Shown one piece after another: positions 40,985-51,860 of a DNA stretch of 64,000 nt. The stretch is from an uncultured Planctomycetota bacterium. Its GTDB lineage: Bacteria > Planctomycetota > PLA2 > JAEUHO01. Location of the stretch: assembly GCA_963752285.1 (NCBI GenBank), contig CAVVXN010000005.1, positions 288,001 to 352,000 on the forward strand. Direction: 5' to 3'. Numbering within the stretch: the stretch's first letter is position 1; each line of letters begins with the position of its first letter. Below the pieces are notes generated by a model. The model was not told the origin of the DNA. It worked only from the letters and a program-made list of their open reading frames with translations, and ran no database searches. Both the position numbers and the translations under genes were made by a program.

Positions 40985-41630
40985 GGGTCGAGACCCCCCC
41001 GACCCGTGGACGGGTCGGACGTGGCTCGAGCTGGACGAGGTCGAGCCCGTCGACGCAGTGTGCCAGCAGGTGCCGTCCCGGGGGCGGCACCTCGTCCACT
41101 ACTACGGGGTGTACGCGAACCGGCTTCGCCGGGCGTTCCGGGCGGCGCGAGGGCCCCGGAGGCGTCGTCCGGGCCGACGTCGAGAGCCGCGTCCCTCAAG
41201 CGACAGGCGTGGGCGCGGCTCCTGAGGAAGGTGTTCGAGGTGGACCCGCTGCTCTGTCCGCGTTGCCAGGAGACGATGGAGATCGTGGCGTTGATCCTCG
41301 ACCCGAAGACGGTGGACCGAATCCTCAGCCATCGGCGCGAGCGAGGGCTCGAGTCGGCGTTCGAGGGGCCGCCCGCGAGGGCGCCGCCGGCGGCGTAGGG
41401 CGAACGAAGAGACTTCGGGAGGAGGAGGGCGGCCGTCGTGTGGAGGCGGGCGGGAGCGGTACGTCCCCGTTGGCCGCCCCGGGCCTTGCAAGAGGGACCC
41501 AGAGTGCCGAGAATCCGGGCATGGGCCCGTACGGCGCAGATCCCGAGCGCGAGGAGGTGCGAAGCGGTCGACACAACCCTTGCGCGACCACGCGATGCCG
41601 CCCACGACGAGGATTCAATGTCCTATGCGT
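40985..41630 (+). mobile_element. 5'-truncated ISCR-like copy 6 (internal ~80-bp deletion near 41150)
   Basis: Matches ~14201-14926; ends TCCTATGCGT. Confidence 0.92.
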
Positions 41631-42067
41631 GTGCTGCCCTGGTACACGCTTCCCCACGCGCAGGAGCTCCTCGACGCGCTGCGGTCCGCGAACGAGCGGC
41701 TCGGCGTGGCGGCGAACGTCCCGAGCACGAGCATCAGCGGCACGCACGCGGGGTTCAACGGAACCGGCGTGCTCGTCCTGGGCCTGATCGGCGGCGCCGC
41801 GGGACTCGTCCTCTTCCTCGGCAAGGAGAAGCAGACCCCGCTCGACGGGCGCCAGTGGTTCTTCGTCGCGCTCGCCTCGTTCGGGGTCGGCGCCCTCCTG
41901 GTGTTCCTCGATCTCGTCAGCGACCCGGGGATCAACGCCTTCGGGGGCTGGATCGCCTTCCTCGCGACGCTCGCCGGAGCGGGCCTTGCCGTGTGGGGCG
42001 TGCGAGGCGCGCCGAAGGCGACGGCGACGGCGCCCCCGGAAGGGCCCGGCGACGCAGGGGGGACTGA
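41631..42067 (+). pseudogene. 5'-truncated multi-TM membrane protein fused to the ori
   Basis: Begins mid-gene (VLPWYT...) at the first base after the ori; three hydrophobic helices. Confidence 0.65.
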
Positions 42068-42101
42068 GCGTCGCGGCCGGCCCGGCACCGCGCGAGGCGA
42101 C

Positions 42102-45100
42102 TCACTTCTCGCGGGCGGCGAGGCGGGCACGCCACGTGTCGGCGTCGTCCTTCCGGTCGAGCGCGAAGTAGCAGTCCACGAGCGCCTGGATCGTCTCGGT
42201 GATCCTCGGCTTGGCCAGCGGGGGCATCGAGGACTCCTTGGCGAGCAGGCCTTCGGCCGCGGCGCGCAGGATCGGCTCCGCCTCCTTCGGCCGCTTCTCT
42301 TCGAGCAGCGCGCGACCGACGCACGCGCGTGCGGAGGGAAGGGCCCACGAGTCCGGCAGGAGCTTCTCGCGGATCGCGAGGGCGGCGCGGGCGGCGGCCT
42401 CCGCGTCTTCGGCTTCGCCGGTCCGGAGGAGGAACTGCGCGAGCATCAGCTGCAGCGAGGCGAAGCTCGATCTGCTCCTGCGGCGCGTCGCCCCGGGGGT
42501 GGCCGATCTCCTTTCGGACGATCTCGATCGCCTTCTTCTCGCGCCCTTCGTCGCGAGGACGGCGCCGAGGTACGCATCGAGCCAGTGGTGGACGACGGGG
42601 TCCTCGCCCCTGAGCGTCACGGCCGTCTCCAGGTGGGGGAGCGCCTCCTTCGGACGGTTCAGCCCGAGCAGCATGGTGCCGAGCTCCGCGCGGGCCCTGA
42701 GCATGAGGAGATCGTCGGGCGGGGCCACCTCGATCCAGGTCTCGACGTACTTCTCGAGGCGGGAGGCCGCCTCCTCGAGGTTTCCCTTCTGGGCGTAGTA
42801 CTCGGCGAGGATCTCCGCCATGTGGAGGGTGGTCGTGTCGCGCCAGCCGTGCTCCTTCACCTGGTCCTCGAGCCCCGCCGTCCGGAACCGGATCGCGTCG
42901 TCCCAGCGGTGGAGGTCCTGGAAGCAGCCCGCGAGGAGGTTGGCGGCCCTCGTGGTCCGGTACTCCGGCCGGTCGGGCGCGGCGTCGTAGCGCCGGGCGG
43001 CCTCGCGGTCGTGCCCGAGCGCATCGGTCATGAGGCCGGCGTTTCGCTCGTCGATGGCCAGGTTCAGGAGCGTGAACACGAGGGCCGGCGCGTTCTCGGT
43101 TCGCCGCTCGCGGTCCTTCAAAGCTCTCGAGGATCTCGGCCGCCCGGTCGTACTGCTTCCGCTCGAAGTACTTCACGCCGACCCCCTCGAATCGGTTCAG
43201 CGCGTCGCCGAACAGCTTCGCGTCCTCCTGCTGCTCGATTTCGATCCGGCGTGAAGCGGGCGGCCTCCTCGAGCCGGCCGAGATGGAGGAAGCAGATGGC
43301 CAGGCTGTCTCGCCGCCACGAGCGTCCCGTAGGCGGGGTCGTCGGACCGGGCCGCGTAGCCCTTGGCGGCCTGCTCGAAGAAGGGCGTGCGCCTCTTCCT
43401 TCTGACCGATGTGCTCGAGGCACATGGCCAGGCTGCTCGTCGTGAAGACGGTGTCCGGGGCCGTAGGGCCCTCGTGCGCCGTGTCCAGGGCGAGGAGCTG
43501 GCGCAGGACCTTCGCGGCCTCCGCGTGCTGGTCGCGGCGGATGAGCGCCGACGCGAGGAGGAACCCGGCCTCGTGGGCCCGCTCTGCAGTGGACTCGCCG
43601 GGGGTTGGCGGGAGGGCGTCGAGTACCCGGCGGAGGCACGGGATCGCCTCGTCGCCCTTGCCGAGGTTGAGGTAGCACAGGGCGAGCTGTGACTGGACGT
43701 CGGGCTCGTCGTATCCGGCGTGCTCGGCGTCGGCGTCGTACCGCTTCAGCGCCTCCTCTTACGAGCGCCGCGCGTCGTCGGGACGACCCGCCGCCCGACG
43801 GCAGGCGGCGATGTCGCAGAGCGCGCGGAACACCTGCACGCTGTTCTCGCCGCGCCGTTCCGTGGCCAGCTTGCGGTACTCCTCGAAGTACTGGACGGCC
43901 TGGTCGAAGCGGCCCGCGTCCTGGTACGCCGTGCCGGCGACGTCCAGCACGTCCATCACGTCGGAGCCCTTGCCGCCCGTCGCCTTCCGCAGGCGGTCGA
44001 GCACGGCGTCGACCGGGGAGAAGGCTCGCGACCTGTCCGCGCGGCATGAGGATCTGCGTCAGGGTGTGGACGGCCTGGCTCACGGCCGAGACGGGGGGCC
44101 GCGGGGTTCTCGAGCACTTCGGTGAGGAGAGGGAGCGCCTCGTTCGTGCGGCCGACGAAGAAGTAGTTCGTCCCGAGGTTGCAGCGCGCGGTCTCGGTCG
44201 TCGAGGCGTCGCTTCCGAGCGAGGCCTCGGCGAGCTTCACGGCCTCCTCGAGCACGCTGACCGCCTGGTCGTACTGGCCGTTCGACCAGAACGAGGCGCC
44301 CAGGTTGTTCATCGCCGAGATCGTGCGTGCGTCGCCCGGGCCGTACGTCGCCTTGAAGGGCGCTCTTACTCGGTCGTGACGAGCGCGTGCGCCCCGGCGG
44401 CGTCCCCCGTCTCCCGGCGCAGCAGGGCCAGGGTGTGCATGACCCGCTTCGTGATCGGGTGGCCCGGGTCGAAGAGGGCCAGCGCCTCGCGGAAGGCCTC
44501 TTCTGAGAGCTTTCGCGCGTCGTTCGGCCGATGGTCCACCCGGAGCACGTTCGCCAACACGTCGAGCGCGTGGAGCGTGGCCGGATTCCGGACCCCGTAG
44601 CGGGCGCGGAGGACCTTGGCGACCTGCTCCAGGAGCGGCAGGGCCTCGGGGCACGCGGTCGAGCGCGGCGTAGCACATCGCGAGAGCGCTCTGGACCCCG
44701 AGCGTCCCGTCGCCCTCCGGGCCCGGGTCCTTCCGGAACGCCGCGAGGGCCTCTTCCAGGTAGGGGAGGGCCTCGGCGGGGCGGCCCGCGCTTTGGAGCA
44801 CCGTGCCGAGGTGCGCGCGGCAGCGGACGCGGACCGGATCCGACGCCGAGCGCGCGTCGGTGCAGGTCCACCGCCTCGCGACACACCTCGAGCGCCCGCG
44901 GGAGCTGCTCGGCCGTGAGAAGCACGCCTCCGAGCTCGCTGAGGGCGTCGAGGGTCTCGTCCGCGTCGGGGCCGAAGTGCTTCCGGTAGCGGTCGACGGC
45001 GGCTTCGAGGAGGGGGACCCGCGCCCGGTCGCCCAAGCGAGGCGAGCGCACTCCCCAGGCGGATCTGCATGCCGCCCGCCACGACGGGGTCCTCGAACGC

Positions 45101-46750
45101 GTCGCCTTCGAGCTTCTTCGCCGTCGCCTCGAGCTTCGTCGCGAGGACCTGCTGCAGCGGGACCTCGTCCGACGCGATCTCCTCGGGCGTCACGGACTGG
45201 AAGATCGACCCCAGGAGGTCGTTCGCCTGCTGCACCTGCGCGAGGCGGCGGTTGGCCTTCTCCCCGTTCGCGAGCCGTTCCCCCTCGGCGCGCTTCGCCT
45301 CGGCGGCCCGCGCCTCGTCGGCGATCCGGCGCTGCTCGTTCGCCTGCACGAGGCTCCAGAGCGTCCCGACGACGCCCACGAGCAGGACGACGGCGATCGC
45401 CAGCGTCGCGCGTCGCCGGCGGCGCTCCGCGTCGGCGCGGAGACGCGCCTGCTCGGCCGCGGCCTCCTCGCGCTCGGCGCGGGCCTGCTCCTGCGCCGCG
45501 CGGGCGCGCGACTGCGCCTCGCGGGCCTGGGCCTCGGCGGCCTCCGTGCGCGCGTGCGCGGCGTCGAGCAGGGCGCGTCGGGCGCGCTCCTCGACGGCCG
45601 ACAGGTAGCTCGTCACCCGCTCGGCGACCTCGCGCGCGGAAGCGAGACGCGCATCGCGGTCCGCGCTCAGGCACGACGAGACGAGGGCGACGAGGTCCTC
45701 GTCGGCTTCCGCGCCGGCGAGACGGTCCTGCCAGTCGCCCGGGTCGGCCCGGAGCGCCTTCACGAGGCGTTCCATGGGCGTGCCCCCTGGGGCGGGCTGG
45801 CCCGTCAGGATCTCGAGGAGGATCGCGCCGAGCGCGAACACGTCGCTCCGCGTGTCGATCTCGCCGAGCGCCCCGCGCGCCTGTTCCGGCGGCATGTAGC
45901 CGGGCGTCCCCATCGCCGAGCCGAGCGTCGAGCGGAGGTCGGGACGGTCCACCTCCTCGGACGCGGGCTCCACGGGGACGTCGGCGGGGAGGGGCTCCTC
46001 GGGCGTGTCGTCGCCGCCGAGCACCTTGCCCATGCCCCAGTCCACGACCTGGACCTCGCCGAAGGCGCCGACCATCACGTTGGCGGGCTTCAGGTCGCGG
46101 TGGATCACGCCGCGGGCGTGTGCATAGGCGAGGGTCTGCGCGATCTGCTCGAAGATCCCGAGGAAGCGGCGTCGGTCGGCCTTGACGTCGTCGCGCGCCT
46201 CGAGGAGCTCGGCGAGGGACTTCCCCCGGATGAGCTTCATCGCGAAGAACGGCCGTCCCTCCTGGAGCCCGAGGTCGTAGACGGGCACCACGCCAGGGTG
46301 CTGGAGCTGGCCACCGATCTGCGCCTCTTCGACGAAGCGCCGCACGATCTCGGGTCGGCGCTGGTACTCGTCGCGGAGGACCTTGATCGCCACCTCGCGA
46401 CCGAGGTCCACGTCGCGCGCCTGGAGCACCAGGCCCACGCCCCCGCGGCCGAGCTCGCCGAGGAGCCGGTACTTCCCCTGGAACGGCGTCTCTTCGCCTG
46501 ACGGCGCGGCGGACGTCGCGCCTCCTCGTCGCTCGTCGGGCGGAGCGTCACCCGGACGCGGCTCCCGAGCTCGCGCTCGATCCTCGGAAGCGTCGTGTCG
46601 GCGCTCCCGGGTTCGCCGGCGCCCGGCGGGGGGGCCGGCGGCTCGCCCCCGCTCGCGCTCGGAGGCGGAGCGGACGGTCGGTCCGGACGCGTCTCTCGGT
46701 CGTCGTCGCTGACCCTGCCCCCCCGTGACGTCTGCCTCGCACCGACGGCG
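42102..46750 (-). pseudogene. Ser/Thr protein kinase with TM helix and TPR repeats; many frameshifts
   Basis: ELGRGGVG, VAIK, HRDLKPAN, DWG, GTPGYMPPEQ and SDVFALG; kinesin-light-chain-type TPRs broken over many frames. Confidence 0.88.
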
Positions 46751-47061
46751 GGCCGCCGGCGCGCCCCCCGGAGCCTCGCGACGCGCGAATTCCCGGAGGC
46801 GGCGCATTCTAGCCACCGCAGGGCGCGGCCCGGTCCCCACGGCGAGGTTTCCCCGCCAGGGGGATCGGTGCGGGCGCACACACGGACGGTCCTCGTGGCG
46901 GGACCTAAGCGCGTAGCAGGTCACGGGCGTTCGGATACCCTCCTCGCCCCGCGGATCGGCGGCTCCCCGTGGAGGCGAGCCGTGCGCCGGCGGGCTGGGC
47001 GGGGGATCTGGGCGTGTGTCGTGGGAGCGGCGGTCGACGCGCTTCCCGAGGAGGTCATTCG

Positions 47062-47569
47062 ATGCATGCTTCGAAGATCTGGATCGTGGTGGCGGTGGCG
47101 GTGGCCGCCGGGTTCTTCGGCGGTCGTGCGTGGACGGGAGAGGACGAGCAGCCCTCGGGCGGCATGGATCCGTCGCTCATGCAGCCGGGCGAGGAACACA
47201 AGGCGATGGCCGACGTCGTCGGCACCTGGGATCTCGTCAGCGAGATGACGGCGCCGGGCGGCCAGACGATGTCGACGAAGGGGACGGCGACGTTCGAGAT
47301 GATCCTCGGCGGTCGCTATCTCGTCCAGAAGGTGAAGGCCGATCCCATGATGCCCGGCGGCGGCCCGTTCGAGGGTCTGGGCATCGAGGGCTACGACCGC
47401 GTGGCCAAGCAGCACTTCTCGACGTGGTTCGACAACATGGGCACCGGACACATGGACAGCACCGGCCAGCGGTCGGAGGACGGCAAGGTCCTCCACGATG
47501 ACGGGCGAGGGCGACTTCGGCGAGGGACCGATGAAGTACCGCGAGGTCATGACGAAGACGGGCCCCGAC
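47062..47569 (+). pseudogene. DUF1579-like exported protein, 3'-truncated by ISCR copy 7
   Basis: PGEEHK...VGTW, ILGGRYL, FEGLGIEGYD and WFDNMGTG; GAGGAGG RBS. Confidence 0.75.
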
Positions 47570-47917
47570 TCGTGGCGTTGATCCTCGACCCGAAGACGGT
47601 GGACCGAATCCTCAGCCATCGGCGCGAGCGAGGGCTCGAGTCGGCGTTCGAGGGGCCGCCCGCGAGGGCGCCGCCGGCGGCGTAGGGCGAACGAAGAGAC
47701 TTCGGGAGGAGGAGGGGGGCCGTCGTGTGGAGGCGGGCGGGAGCGGTACGTCCCCGTTGGCCGCCCCGGGCCTTGCGAGAGGGACCCAGAGTGCCGAGAA
47801 TCCGGGCATGGGCCCGTACGGCGCAGATCCCGAGCGCGAGGAGGTGCGAAGCGGTCGACACAACCCTTGCGCGACCACGCGACGCCGCCCACGACGAGGA
47901 TTCAATGTCCTATGCGT
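47570..47917 (+). mobile_element. 5'-truncated ISCR-like copy 7
   Basis: Matches ~14579-14926; ends TCCTATGCGT. Confidence 0.92.
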
Positions 47918-48187
47918 GGGGCAGAGGTTCGACCGTACGAACGCGAGTTCGGGGGCCACGGCCAGGGGGACGATGTGGTCCACCTGCACGGCGAGGACGG
48001 TCAGCCCGAGGCGCGCGCACTCCCGGCAGAGCGGCTCGTCGCGCAGCACCTGGGCACGCACGGCCTGCCAGCGGGCGGACCCGTGGATGCGGGCCACGAC
48101 GGGGTCGCGGCGGGTGCGGTTGTACTCCCGGTCCGCGTGGCGGCGGGTGCCTAGGATCCCAGCATGCGTGCGCGGCTTCGAAGGCAT
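47918..48187 (-). pseudogene. Phage-type HNH endonuclease (second copy), truncated exactly at the ori
   Basis: PLCREC...VDHIVPLAVAPELAFVRSNLCP then ori; paralog of 26683-26922. Confidence 0.85.
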
Positions 48188-48242
48188 CGGTGCCTCGGGG
48201 CGCGCCGGCTGGGATCAGCGCGCAGGAATCCTACCATGGAGG

Positions 48243-48311
48243 CCCTCCGGCCACACCGGCATCACTGGCGACAGGAGCGGAGCATGCAGACCCACGACGA
48301 GACAGGTGCGA
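48243..48311 (+). repeat. ~68-bp repeat of 37925-37989; uninterrupted version of the IS66 target site
   Basis: GGCCACACCGGCAT...GCAGACCCACGACGAGACAGGTGCGA with a single GAGACAGG. Confidence 0.85.
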
Positions 48312-48558
48312 TTCGAACCGATCTAGTGGTCACCGTCGTGTTGACCGCTGTGGCGCTGGGCCTTGGTATGTTCCTCGGCACGACGCTCTTGGGGAAGCCA
48401 ACGACAGCGTCGTCCCCACGCGCTGGAGTCGCTCAAGTCAGAGATCGTCCGAGAAGCATCCTCCCCATGACAAGCGATCGCGCGGCCATTGACGAACCGT
48501 GGCAACCGGACACTCGTGCGAGACGGCATTCTTCCCCGGAGCCATCCACCTGCTTGGG

Positions 48559-49266
48559 TCAGTTCTCCTGCGCGGCGAGAATCGCGCGCGACAAGGGCTC
48601 TGGCACTTCGAAGTAGGACAGCGCCCACTCCACATACGCGCGATCTGGGTGCGGTCGGACTCGGGCAAGAAGCTCGGCGAACGGCGCCACGGCGCTGCCC
48701 CCCCTGCCCATACCTGACTCAACGATGCTCTTGGCCTCGGGCCAGCTCATCCGGTTGGTCCTTCTGAGATAGGGTATCAACGTTAATCCGACGTTCCACT
48801 GTGTGATGCGTCCTTCCGCCGCGCATGCGATCAACGTACTGTCAAGTAGTTCCTGCGTCTGCCCATCGACCGTCAAGGCGCTCATCTGCTTCTCGAAATC
48901 GAACCAACTCGAGGTCTCAATCGCCTTCACAAGCCGTCGCTCGTCCGCTGCCGTCGCCTCCACCTCGACAGGCGACTCGACCTGGGCGGCGTCGTCATCG
49001 ACAGAAGCCGGTTGATGCATGCTGCACACGTCGGACCTGCTTGTTTCGGGCAATGGCTCCTGCGATTGCTTCGCTCGGGCCTCGCTGCCGTGGACATGCT
49101 GGCGGCCAACCAGTACCGCCGGGGAGGTGGGCCTACAACGAGCCACCTCCCCCGTAGACGCATTGGTAGGTCGCACGCCGCATCTTGAGCGCTCAAGATG
49201 AGCGCTCAGGATCCAGACGCCGAGCAAACTAGCCAGCCAGCAAACAATCCACGGGATGCGGCGCAT
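48559..49266 (-). CDS. Hypothetical exported protein
   Basis: 235-aa ORF with N-terminal hydrophobic helix; lower GC. Confidence 0.55.
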   Translation of the reverse strand: MRRIPWIVCWLASLLGVWILSAHLERSRCGVRPTNASTGEVARCRPTSPAVLVGRQHVHGSEARAKQSQEPLPETSRSDVCSMHQPASVDDDAAQVESPVEVEATAADERRLVKAIETSSWFDFEKQMSALTVDGQTQELLDSTLIACAAEGRITQWNVGLTLIPYLRRTNRMSWPEAKSIVESGMGRGGSAVAPFAELLARVRPHPDRAYVEWALSYFEVPEPLSRAILAAQEN

Positions 49267-49277
49267 GGGTGTGCTCG

Positions 49278-50144
49278 TCAGGAATTCTGGCGCACGAAGG
49301 AAGGGGAAAAGGGGAGAGCAAGTCCGTCCCTCCGCGACATGGTGAGGTAGCCGAGCTGGAGGAGCGCGTCGCGCACGGCGCGCCGCTCCACGATCTCCTG
49401 TTCGCGTGCCGGGAGCGGGCCTTCGGGCGGCAGGTGACGCGCCTGCCGCACCCGGGCTCTCGCGCTCTCGCAGGTCGTTTCGAATGCGATTCGCTCCCGC
49501 TCTTCGAGCGGCCGCCGGGCCGCGAAGGCCTCCTCGGCCGTCGGCCGATGATACCCGGGGCGCGCCGTGTTGATCCAGCGCCGGGCTTCCTGGAGGTCCT
49601 CGCCGCTCCAGCGGCCCTCGCGCCCGGCGCGCCGCGCGAGGTGGTCGGCATGAACCGAGAGCCAGCCGATGGTGGACTTGACCGAGCCGTTGTAGCGGGG
49701 CGTTGCGCCCGGGCTCGTCAGCCAGCGCAGCCGATGGCGCCGGGCAAGCTCTTCCGGGATCGGTCCGCGGAAGGCCTGGTCGCCCTTGATGGCCAGCGGC
49801 GCTCCGTGCTCGGCGATGAGCCGATCGAGCGAGGCCGCCACCTCTTCGAGGCCCTTCGTCGTGAACGGGGCGGCCCCCAGCACCGCGCCCGAGGCGAGAT
49901 CCTTCACCACCAGCACGTAGCCGACCAGCCCGGCGACGACATGGCTGGCGGCCACCGAGAACCAGCGAAGAATCTGGTCTTCCCCCGTGAGGAAGGCCTC
50001 GGGGGAGCGTTCGGCGTCCAGGCGCTCGAGCCCTTGGACGACCTCCTCCAGGACCACCGCCAGGCCCTCCCGGACCCGCCGCGCGAACTGGTCTCGCCGC
50101 TCAGGCATGAACGCCGGGGCTCCGATCGGGTACGAATGGGCCAT
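49278..50144 (-). pseudogene. Chimeric transposase remnant (unrelated N-terminus joined to an rve/DDE core)
   Basis: VKDLASG...HGAPLAIKGD...SPGATPRYNGSV is rve-like; junction near 49915; GGAGGGA RBS. Confidence 0.65.
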
Positions 50145-50570
50145 TCCCGTGTCCCTCCGCTTCGGGTTGGGTTGCTACCCCCGAAATCGGTTGGAGGAGA
50201 GAATCTCATAGAGATCACCCGCGTTCTCCACCCCGACTGTCGCCGGTAGCTGCAGCGTCTGGCCTGGACTTACAGTCAACTGCTCAGCAGCACCGCCGAG
50301 CGAAAGCGTGTACCGCGGAAGCCTGGGGAGCTTCGTGCCGTCGTCGGTGTCATCCTGGCCGATCACGTCGGGACCCTGCACGCTTCGAGTGCCATCGTTA
50401 GTCGCCTTCCAGGCGATGGCGTCGAACGTCATACCATTCGCGTTCTCGAAGCAGATCGTGAACGTGTAGGTGCCGTTCCCGAAGCCCTCCGCGTCTGGGC
50501 CTGACGGATCATTCGTGTAGACGTTCAGGTTGCCGTTCGTGTCCTTGGCCGCCCGCCACGTCTGTCCCCG

Positions 50571-51104
50571 ATGACGACCTGGTCCGGGGGAGCGGGCGCG
50601 GCCTCGAGCAACTCGGCGGACAGCGAGACGCGGCATGTCGTGTCGGGCGGTGCGCAGAACTGCGGCGTGATCCTCCCGACCGAAGCGGATGCGAAGGCGG
50701 GAGGCGGGTCGAATCCTGCAGTCGTCGAGGCGAGCAAGACCGTCGCGGCGTACCGAGCCATGCTGCAGCTTGCGCTGTCCGATCCGTCGGTGATGCCGGA
50801 CCGGATCGCGATGCTGTCCACGAAGCTGGCCGAGTCGCAGGAAGCCCTGGCGGCCGCGCAGTCCGCTGCGAACGTGCAGCACGTCGTGAACTACAACTTC
50901 CAGTCGAGCCGGATCAACCAGATCCCGTTCAGCAGCTCGAGCAGCGACGGGCGACCGCGGCCGGAGACGGTGGCGCCGGTTGCGAAGGCGGCCGAGACGG
51001 TGGGCACGGCCGTGTTCTCCGACGAGATCTACGAGAGTGCCCCGGCGGCACCTGAAGCCCCTGCGACTGACGCGGCCCCGGTGGGGTCGCCCGATGGAGC
51101 CTGA
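50571..51104 (+). CDS. Hypothetical protein (probably 5'-truncated, phage-like context)
   Basis: Open frame with host-like codon use, followed closely by a small lipoprotein gene. Confidence 0.45.
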   Translation: MTTWSGGAGAASSNSADSETRHVVSGGAQNCGVILPTEADAKAGGGSNPAVVEASKTVAAYRAMLQLALSDPSVMPDRIAMLSTKLAESQEALAAAQSAANVQHVVNYNFQSSRINQIPFSSSSSDGRPRPETVAPVAKAAETVGTAVFSDEIYESAPAAPEAPATDAAPVGSPDGA

Positions 51105-51111
51105 TCCCGTC

Positions 51112-51303
51112 ATGCGCTACCTGAAGATCGCGACCGGCATCCTGGCGGTGATCCTGGGCCTGGCTGCGGGCGGGGTCCTCTGCGGCTGCAGCGGCCCACT
51201 GACGATCGGCAAGACGGCCAGCGGCGGGGACAAGGTCACGTTCCCGGCCCTCACCTACCCCCGCCAGCTCGCGCCCTGCCCCGCCCCGCCCGACGCGGAA
51301 TGA
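51112..51303 (+). CDS. Small lipoprotein
   Basis: MRYLKIATGILAVILGLAAGGVLCGC lipobox; ATGA overlap with the next gene. Confidence 0.6.
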   Translation: MRYLKIATGILAVILGLAAGGVLCGCSGPLTIGKTASGGDKVTFPALTYPRQLAPCPAPPDAE

Positions 51304-51783
51304 AGTACTCCGAGGCCCGTGGCAGCGTCGAGGACGGCGATGTCCTCCACTTCGAGTCCCGCGGCCTTGTCGCCCACGTCATCCGGTGGGCCACGCGCTC
51401 CCGCTTCTCCCACGTCGGCCTTGCGGTCTGGATCCACGGCCGCCTCATGGTCGCCGAGTCGCGCGAGCTCCGGGGCTGCCGCCTGATCCCCCTCAGCAGC
51501 GCCCTGGTGGCCTCTCGCGCGCACCTCCTCACGCCCGCCCTCTGGGCCAATCTCGACCGGGGCACCGTCGTGGACGCCGCCCTGCAGCGCCTGGGCCAGC
51601 CCTACGGCTACCTGCGCCTCGTGCGGATCGCCCTCTCGAAGCTGCCGACCTCCCTCCTGCGCAAGCTGCCGGTCGTCGGGCCGTTCACCGTCGCGAGCGG
51701 CGTGACCGTGCCGCCGGCGTTCGAGCCCAGCATCAGCGAGCCGCCGCCGACGACGTCCGGGTTGCGCCCGCGACCCACAGTGA
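51300..51783 (+). pseudogene. Permuted papain-like NlpC/P60 (YiiX-type) protein, probably 3'-truncated
   Basis: DGDVLHF...IRWATRSRFSHVGL...LGQPYGY; the expected downstream catalytic C-S motif is not visible. Confidence 0.6.
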
Positions 51784-51860
51784 GTAGGGTTCCCGCCGCG
51801 GTCGTCTGGGTCCGGGCCGCCGGGAGGGGGGAACGCATCGTGATTCGATTCCATTGGACG

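Noticed and set aside
14700..47917. Recurrent ~230-bp repeat read as integron attC sites or a CRISPR array
   Set aside because: Each repeat is continuous with transposase coding sequence, spacing is kilobases, and no integron integrase or cas gene is visible in the window.
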